From: Candidatus Poribacteria bacterium
Lineage (GTDB): Bacteria > Poribacteria > WGA-4E > PCPOR2b
Direction: 5' to 3'
Length of the DNA stretch: 64,000 nt
NCBI GenBank assembly: GCA_965215015.1
Contig: OZ244042.1
Location: 4,224,001 to 4,288,000, forward strand
The notes under the pieces were generated by a model. It did not search any database, was not told the origin of the DNA, and saw only the letters and a list, made by a program, of their open reading frames with translations. Position 1 is the stretch's first letter. The number at the start of each line of letters is the position of its first letter. Position numbers and translations under genes: made by a program. Positions 58,670 to 64,000 of the stretch are shown piece by piece.

Positions 58670-59416
58670 CTAAAGAGGACGGATCCAAATATTACGGTAT
58701 CGGACAGGATCGCCATGGTCTTGGAGCATCAACGGGCCTCGAGCGGGATGCGGCTCGTCATACGAGGGTGCTCGTCTGTGACCTGTTGGGCCCATAGCTG
58801 CTCGGTGGTTTTGCACCAATACACCGTTGTGGACCACAGTGATATAGGCTGGACTGACCAGTTTCTGTCCGCCAAAACGGGGTGCTGTGAAGAAAATGTC
58901 GTATGCCTGCCATTCGCCGGGCTTACGGCAGGCGTTGACCAACGGCGGATACTGTCCATAAACTGCGGCTGTGATTCCATCTGCATAGGTCGGATTGTCG
59001 TAACCGTCAAGTACCTGAATCTCGTAGTTGCCCATCAGAAATACACCACTATTGCTACGTCCCTGACTATCACCCTTGACCTCTGCCGGCACAACCCATT
59101 CAAGGTGCAGTTGACAGTTGTCAAAGTGTTCCTTGGTCTCGATGTTGCCGGTGCGAGTGACTTCCATATAACCGTTTTCGACCTTCCACTCGGCTTCCCC
59201 ATCGCGCCCGGTCCACTTTGACAGATCACTGCCATCAAAGAGAACGGTTGCGTCCGATGGCGGTTGCCCTGGTGTTTCTTGCGAACTTTCAGTGCCGGGG
59301 GTGATAATTCGTGGTTGAGGTCGTGTTCCATCGTGCACCCGCCATTCTGAACCCGGTATTATCGGTGTGTCGTCATAACCGGTGGGAGCCTTGTTTGCCG
59401 GTGATTGTTGTGCCAT
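58670..59416 (-). CDS. DUF1080 / 3-keto-glycoside hydrolase family protein
   Basis: PPSDATVLFDG, NSGV, YEIQVLD and LQDHGDPVRYRNIW. Confidence 0.88.
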   Translation of the reverse strand: MAQQSPANKAPTGYDDTPIIPGSEWRVHDGTRPQPRIITPGTESSQETPGQPPSDATVLFDGSDLSKWTGRDGEAEWKVENGYMEVTRTGNIETKEHFDNCQLHLEWVVPAEVKGDSQGRSNSGVFLMGNYEIQVLDGYDNPTYADGITAAVYGQYPPLVNACRKPGEWQAYDIFFTAPRFGGQKLVSPAYITVVHNGVLVQNHRAAMGPTGHRRAPSYDEPHPARGPLMLQDHGDPVRYRNIWIRPL

Positions 59417-59481
59417 AGTTAAATCTCCTCATATGGTATATATCAGTTTCAAACCTATTTCATCATTGTTCCTTACTCTTC

Positions 59482-60537
59482 TCAACCTCGCGATTGCTGT
59501 ACCCACATATCAAGCTGCCGTAGTGCTGGCTCCGATTTTTCCCACATCGCGCGTTTAATCGGAGAGTGGACTTTGATGTAGCTAGCGAAATTTGAACGTT
59601 GCGCTCGAAATGCTTCCTTGAAGGCGATCACTCCAACATTGTCAGGGGGCGATGCCCCAAAATCAACCCACTTATAGCCCGCTTCACACGCCCATTTAAT
59701 AATATAATGCACAAGTGCGTTATTAGGACGATATTCCCAGAATTCAGGGACAGAAGCACCGACCCACAAAGCTACGGTGCGATTGAAATGGAGGTAAAGC
59801 AGTCCAGCAATGATTAATCCACTATACTTGGCAATTGCAAGCTGTAAGATGTTGCTCCGTAAGAGAGACTTGAGCAAGAGCAACGGTTTAGGAGTTTCTC
59901 GTAAACGTCTCTGCGTAGTAAGATAAATTTCATAAAAAGACTCGAGATCACTGATACTATTTGTGTTGTAAACCGTCACCTCGGTTCTTGCTGCCTTCCT
60001 AATCGCCCCGCGCACCTGTCTATTGTAAGCTGCCCAAATAAGATCATAATCTGAATGGATTTCCAACAGATGCGTAAAGCGGTCCTCATGCTTCTGATAC
60101 CCTGCTGCAATCAGCTTTTGTCCGTAAAGTTGTGTCTGACTCGGTGACAGAGTAAAGACCGTTTCACATAGATTCCCTTCCTCCACGAATGGATCTAACT
60201 GTGTATTAATATTTCTGAGCAGGAGATCGAAATCCACTGCTGACTCACGGTTGAGTTGGATTCCCCCAAACAGATTCCAAGGCATCGAATGCAGCATTTT
60301 AATCCCGCGAATCGGCTGAAATACGAAAGCAGGCAGCCCACCAATTATAGTATCGTTCTCGTTAATCAAAAAATAAAGGGGCGTTAACTGCTTAAATGTA
60401 TTTGCCAATGCTTCGCGCCACGCAATCGAATGAAATGGAAGGCTATCCGGACACGCTTTGAGAGTTTCCTCCCACCAGCCTGCGTTTTCGTGATTTAGTA
60501 GTTCAAGTGAATACATAACACTGCTAGCATCAATCAT
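59482..60537 (-). CDS. FemAB-like double-GNAT acyltransferase
   Basis: PFHSIAW, VRGAIRKA, RPNNAL, DFGAS and FKEAF. Confidence 0.8.
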   Translation of the reverse strand: MIDASSVMYSLELLNHENAGWWEETLKACPDSLPFHSIAWREALANTFKQLTPLYFLINENDTIIGGLPAFVFQPIRGIKMLHSMPWNLFGGIQLNRESAVDFDLLLRNINTQLDPFVEEGNLCETVFTLSPSQTQLYGQKLIAAGYQKHEDRFTHLLEIHSDYDLIWAAYNRQVRGAIRKAARTEVTVYNTNSISDLESFYEIYLTTQRRLRETPKPLLLLKSLLRSNILQLAIAKYSGLIIAGLLYLHFNRTVALWVGASVPEFWEYRPNNALVHYIIKWACEAGYKWVDFGASPPDNVGVIAFKEAFRAQRSNFASYIKVHSPIKRAMWEKSEPALRQLDMWVQQSRG

Positions 60538-60586
60538 CGGTAATACGCGATCAAGGAATTAGTTGATTCCACCTTGTTTATACCTA

Positions 60587-60695
60587 ATGTGAGAGACTCT
60601 GACGACAATGCCTGCAGCTTTTAATGTAGTCAAGGAGGCATACTGCCGAGCTGACAGCGGATAAGCCGAGGTTACCTCAGCCAAAGCCCTCGCAT
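60587..60695 (-). ncRNA. Candidate structured RNA in the leader of the GNAT gene (unassigned family)
   Basis: Long closing stem plus three internal hairpins. G-U pairs favour the minus strand. Confidence 0.3.
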
Positions 60696-60963
60696 CAATT
60701 TATGCCCATTTGTTTCATTTTGAACTATCATCTGATATAGTAACCTGCTTTACATTTTTGGCGAAACGTATAACTCATTATATCTGAAATCACTAGATTT
60801 CGCAAGTGTTCTATCGTGTAAATACAGGGCAATTAGCATATGATAATGGCAATGTACTCGTAGCCACAGAGGCTACCCTCGATTCATCGGAAATCTGCGT
60901 TCTACCAACTTTTACCTTGTTATTAGGCTTGCCGTGTGATAAGATGAGAGAATCACATATAGG

Positions 60964-61230
60964 TAAGAGTTACGCACTTGAGTTTGTAGTAGCACAATTC
61001 ATTGTGCCTCTTTAAGGGAGTCGGCATACGCTGTATGCCGACTCCCTTCCCCCCGCAAGCAGGAGGAGGGCACGTGGAGCGGGCCTACTACTGTCGGATG
61101 AATCGCAGTTGCCCAATGAATCGGGCGGCGTGAGTCGTATAGATAGATACCAACACTGTCGAGTGACACACCCAGTATTTGATGGATCGCCGCCCTACGA
61201 GGGTTTGAACGTTCAACTGCATCAGTCCTA
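60964..61230. mobile_element. MITE-like element, family A (reverse orientation), with perfect 16-bp hairpin
   Basis: Ends TAAGAGTTACGCAC / TTCAACTGCATCAGTCCTA. Hairpin AAGGGAGTCGGCATAC-GCT-GTATGCCGACTCCCTT at 61014-61048. Confidence 0.6.
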
Positions 61231-61264
61231 ATTAGAAAAAAACCAGCCAATTGAGGGATGGGTC

Positions 61265-61939
61265 ATGGCAAAACGCAACGGGTTTTCAAAACTGGCAAAA
61301 TTGCTAATTCGTTACCCCACCCAGGGGCAAAGAGAAAAGCTGAAGCAGCTTTTACTACAAAACTACACACAAGAAAATCTTATCGAGTACTTAACGCACG
61401 AAGTCGGTCCAACACGACAGGCGGCGGCTTATGCGCTCGGTATAATTGGCAACATGGAGGTAGTCTCCCCGTTAGTGAAGGCCCTTCAACACAGCGATCC
61501 AGATATGCGTTCCAATGCAGAACAGGCGTTATGGGCAATCTGGTTCCGCTCAGGCGAGCAATCCGTTGATGATATGCTCCAAAAAGGTGCCGAACATATT
61601 AAAACAGAACGGTATGCAGAAGCAGTTAACCTCTTGACAGAAGTCACCCAGATAGCTCCCGAATTCGCCGAAGGATATAACCAAAGAGCAATCGCATATT
61701 TTATGCTGGAAGAGTGGGAGCAGTCCATCGATGATTGCAAAAAGGCGGTTACGCTCAATCCGGTCCATTTTGGCGCGTTTGCGGGGATGGGGCAATGCTA
61801 TCTACGGCTCGGAAATCTGCAAGAAGCACTAGAGGCTTTCCAGCAATCATTAGAGATTCATCCAGGCCTCTATGGTGTCGGACATACGATTTTACAAATT
61901 CAGGATGCGTTGCAAGAGCAAGTTAGACAGAGGCGTTAG
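61265..61939 (+). CDS. HEAT repeat plus TPR protein
   Basis: RQAAAYALG and RSNAEQALW HEAT repeats, followed by TPRs (FAEGYNQRA, HFGAFAGMG). Confidence 0.8.
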   Translation: MAKRNGFSKLAKLLIRYPTQGQREKLKQLLLQNYTQENLIEYLTHEVGPTRQAAAYALGIIGNMEVVSPLVKALQHSDPDMRSNAEQALWAIWFRSGEQSVDDMLQKGAEHIKTERYAEAVNLLTEVTQIAPEFAEGYNQRAIAYFMLEEWEQSIDDCKKAVTLNPVHFGAFAGMGQCYLRLGNLQEALEAFQQSLEIHPGLYGVGHTILQIQDALQEQVRQRR

Positions 61940-61947
61940 AAAATGAA

Positions 61948-62742
61948 ATGCGCCATATACGCCGCTTTGAAAATCCAATCCTCAGTCGAGTGATACGCCA
62001 ACGGTGGAAATTCAGCAAGATTTGTTTTGCCCTCATTGTACAGAGCGTTCTATTGCTGGTCATCTGTCAACTCCTATTTCTCGCAAAGCTAGGGCAGTTC
62101 ATAGATCTCATTTTCTTGTCTGAAGCTCTACTCGTCCTGATTGTTGCGCCATATCTGGCATGCAGCACACTCAATAAACATTTTGCACCTCTCCTATCAA
62201 GTGATCTTTTCCAATTGAGTCGAATCAACCCCCGATGGGTTTCGGTGAGCATCATACTGGGCAGCCAAATTTACACCTTCTGCTTCCTTGGGCTCACAAC
62301 CCTTGTCCTTACAATTCTCATACCATCAATCAGCGACGTAACCTATCTTGAAATGGTTCAACTGCAGCTGGTTTTTGGAATTTACGTCATTGTGGCTGCC
62401 TCGGTTGGCGGATTGTGGTGGCGCGTTTTTCGCCACGAAATCTTTGCAACAGAAGCGACATATCTAGGATGGAGCCTCCTAATCGGTGGTGTGTTTCTGC
62501 TGTCACCGTTAGACCGTTATCTGGAAAATCTCGAACCCATCATCCCACCGTTTCTGCATCTCAATCCACTAATTGCTGTGTGTCACTTACTTGAACTCGA
62601 TGTGTTTAGAACACCACACTTATACGAACTAACACCGATCCCATCATACCTATTTGTCTACCCGTCATGGTATATTATTTGCGGCTGGCAAATACTGATT
62701 GGAATCTGTTGCGGTGCATTGGCATGGTGGAAGTGTGTCTGA
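61948..62742 (+). CDS. Multi-pass membrane protein (ABC-2 permease-like)
   Basis: About six TM helices and an LNPL motif. Confidence 0.55.
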   Translation: MRHIRRFENPILSRVIRQRWKFSKICFALIVQSVLLLVICQLLFLAKLGQFIDLIFLSEALLVLIVAPYLACSTLNKHFAPLLSSDLFQLSRINPRWVSVSIILGSQIYTFCFLGLTTLVLTILIPSISDVTYLEMVQLQLVFGIYVIVAASVGGLWWRVFRHEIFATEATYLGWSLLIGGVFLLSPLDRYLENLEPIIPPFLHLNPLIAVCHLLELDVFRTPHLYELTPIPSYLFVYPSWYIICGWQILIGICCGALAWWKCV

Positions 62743-62768
62743 ATTTTTGGACTGCAGGAGTCTACACT

Positions 62769-64000
62769 TTGAACGAATCAAAATCCCACAAAGATCTGAT
62801 TATCAGTGTCTCCGGTGTTAGAGGAACGGTTGGCGAGGCATTGGATCCGAACCTATTAACTCGGTTTGCTGCCGCATTCGGAACGTTGGTTAAAGGGCAA
62901 ACCGTCGTGGTTGGAAGAGATACGCGGACATCAGGGCCGATGGTACATCATGCGGTCCTCGCCGGGCTCGTTGCGACTGGCTGCACAGTGATTGATGTGG
63001 GAGTTTGTCCAACACCGACAGCTTTGTTCATGTCAAAAGATTTAAATGCAGATGGGAGCCTTGTGATTACGGCAAGCCACAATCCGATTAATTGGAATGG
63101 CATCGAATTTGCGTCTGAATCCGGCAGACTCTTGAGTGAAGCAGAGCGCACCCGTCTGATGAGGATTTACGAGTCCGGGGATTTCAATCTAGTCCCTTGG
63201 GATCAACAGGGAACTGTCGAAATAATCGACACTGCTATTGATCAACATATCGCTGGTGTACTCAATTGCGATTGGGTTGTACGGAATCAAACACACTCCC
63301 AGGCATTAAAGGTAGTCATTGATTGCGGAAACGGTGCGGGCAGTGTGATTAGTCCTCGCTTGTTGAGGGCGTTGGGTTGTGAAGTCGTTGAACTGAGCTG
63401 CGTTCCCAATGGCTATTTTCCTCGGTCTGCAGAACCAACGCCAGACACGTTAGATCAACTTTGCGAAGTCGTCAAATCGGAAAGCGCAGCCCTCGGCTTC
63501 GCACATGACGGTGATGCAGACCGGCTGGTACTTGTCTCTGAGGAGGGGGTACCATTGAGCAGTGAATACACCTTCACCCTCGCAGCAGAATTTTTACTGA
63601 ATAAGCAAAAGGGAGATATTGTCGCTACTGTATCGACCACTCGTATGCTAGATGATGTAGCAGACCGGCACGGCGTAAAACTTTACCGGACGCCAGTAGG
63701 TGTTGGGTTCGTCGTCGAGAAGATGCGAGAAATAGGGGCAGTCATCGGCGGTGAAGGAACAGGCGGCGTGATTTACCCAGAACTTCAATACACGACCGAC
63801 GGGATTGCGTCCATAGCTGCAATTGTTCAACTTCTCGCTGAATCAAGTGCCTCAACGATCTCAGAGGTGGTCGCTTCCATCCCAAGTTATGCGATATGTA
63901 AGGAAAAGTTGGAAGTGCCCTCTCAACAAGTGGCTGATGCGGTGCTTCAACTTGCAATTGAAACTTATTCAGATGAGACACTCGATCTGGCTGATGGGAT
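62769..64000 (+). CDS. Phosphohexomutase (GlmM/PMM family), 3'-truncated by window edge; absent from the ORF track
   Basis: TTG start after AGGAG. SVSGVRG, GRDTR, ITASHNP, HDGDADR and GGEG motifs. Confidence 0.9.
   Translation, partial: MNESKSHKDLIISVSGVRGTVGEALDPNLLTRFAAAFGTLVKGQTVVVGRDTRTSGPMVHHAVLAGLVATGCTVIDVGVCPTPTALFMSKDLNADGSLVITASHNPINWNGIEFASESGRLLSEAERTRLMRIYESGDFNLVPWDQQGTVEIIDTAIDQHIAGVLNCDWVVRNQTHSQALKVVIDCGNGAGSVISPRLLRALGCEVVELSCVPNGYFPRSAEPTPDTLDQLCEVVKSESAALGFAHDGDADRLVLVSEEGVPLSSEYTFTLAAEFLLNKQKGDIVATVSTTRMLDDVADRHGVKLYRTPVGVGFVVEKMREIGAVIGGEGTGGVIYPELQYTTDGIASIAAIVQLLAESSASTISEVVASIPSYAICKEKLEVPSQQVADAVLQLAIETYSDETLDLADG

Noticed and set aside
58550-59221. 223-aa plus-strand ORF, and the many other short overlapping ORFs in the track
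   Set aside because: These are antisense or alternate-frame shadows of well-supported genes, with no motifs.
60600-60700. Twister ribozyme, SAM-I or c-di-GMP-II riboswitch identity for the structured RNA
   Set aside because: Only fragments resemble them (TTTTAATGTAG, GGTTAC..AAGCCC, GAGGG..TGGC). The required conserved elements and pseudoknot pairings are missing.
1-64000. CRISPR array, tRNA, rRNA, reverse transcriptase or prophage genes
   Set aside because: By eye I found no regularly spaced direct repeats, cloverleafs with conserved T/D loops, RT motifs or phage structural genes.

Overview
This is a gene-dense bacterial chromosomal segment of about 58 CDSs. I found no rRNA, tRNA, CRISPR array, intact transposase or prophage. 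Gene content (PhyH dioxygenase, Gfo/Idh/MocA, FRG and TPR proteins, DUF1080, LolA, beta-barrels) and the many short palindromic intergenic repeats suggest a diderm such as Candidatus Poribacteria; this is inference only. Housekeeping genes include the alaS 3' end, larB, lolA-pgsA-thpR-recA-rtcA, namZ-anmK, proA, dapL, pepP, pduO and a partial phosphohexomutase. The most notable locus is 39.7-43.9 kb, where a SufR-like Fe-S regulator is divergent from an alternative sigma-70 factor, nfuA and a B12-domain radical SAM enzyme. That enzyme's apparent TGA stop is very likely selenocysteine (C-U-A-E-P tail with a SECIS-like hairpin). Other candidates are recA between two RNA cyclic-phosphate enzymes (thpR, rtcA), a VOC/PhyH/oxidoreductase/PhnZ-like oxidative cluster, and a membrane gene with an in-frame amber codon. 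Also noted are a ~110-nt structured RNA candidate, a solo Cre-like recombinase, an M48 pseudo-peptidase, a CASTOR/POLLUX-like channel coupled to MscS, an FRG+TPR pair, and several MITE/REP-like repeat families, one of them nested. All family calls come from motif recognition, not database searches.
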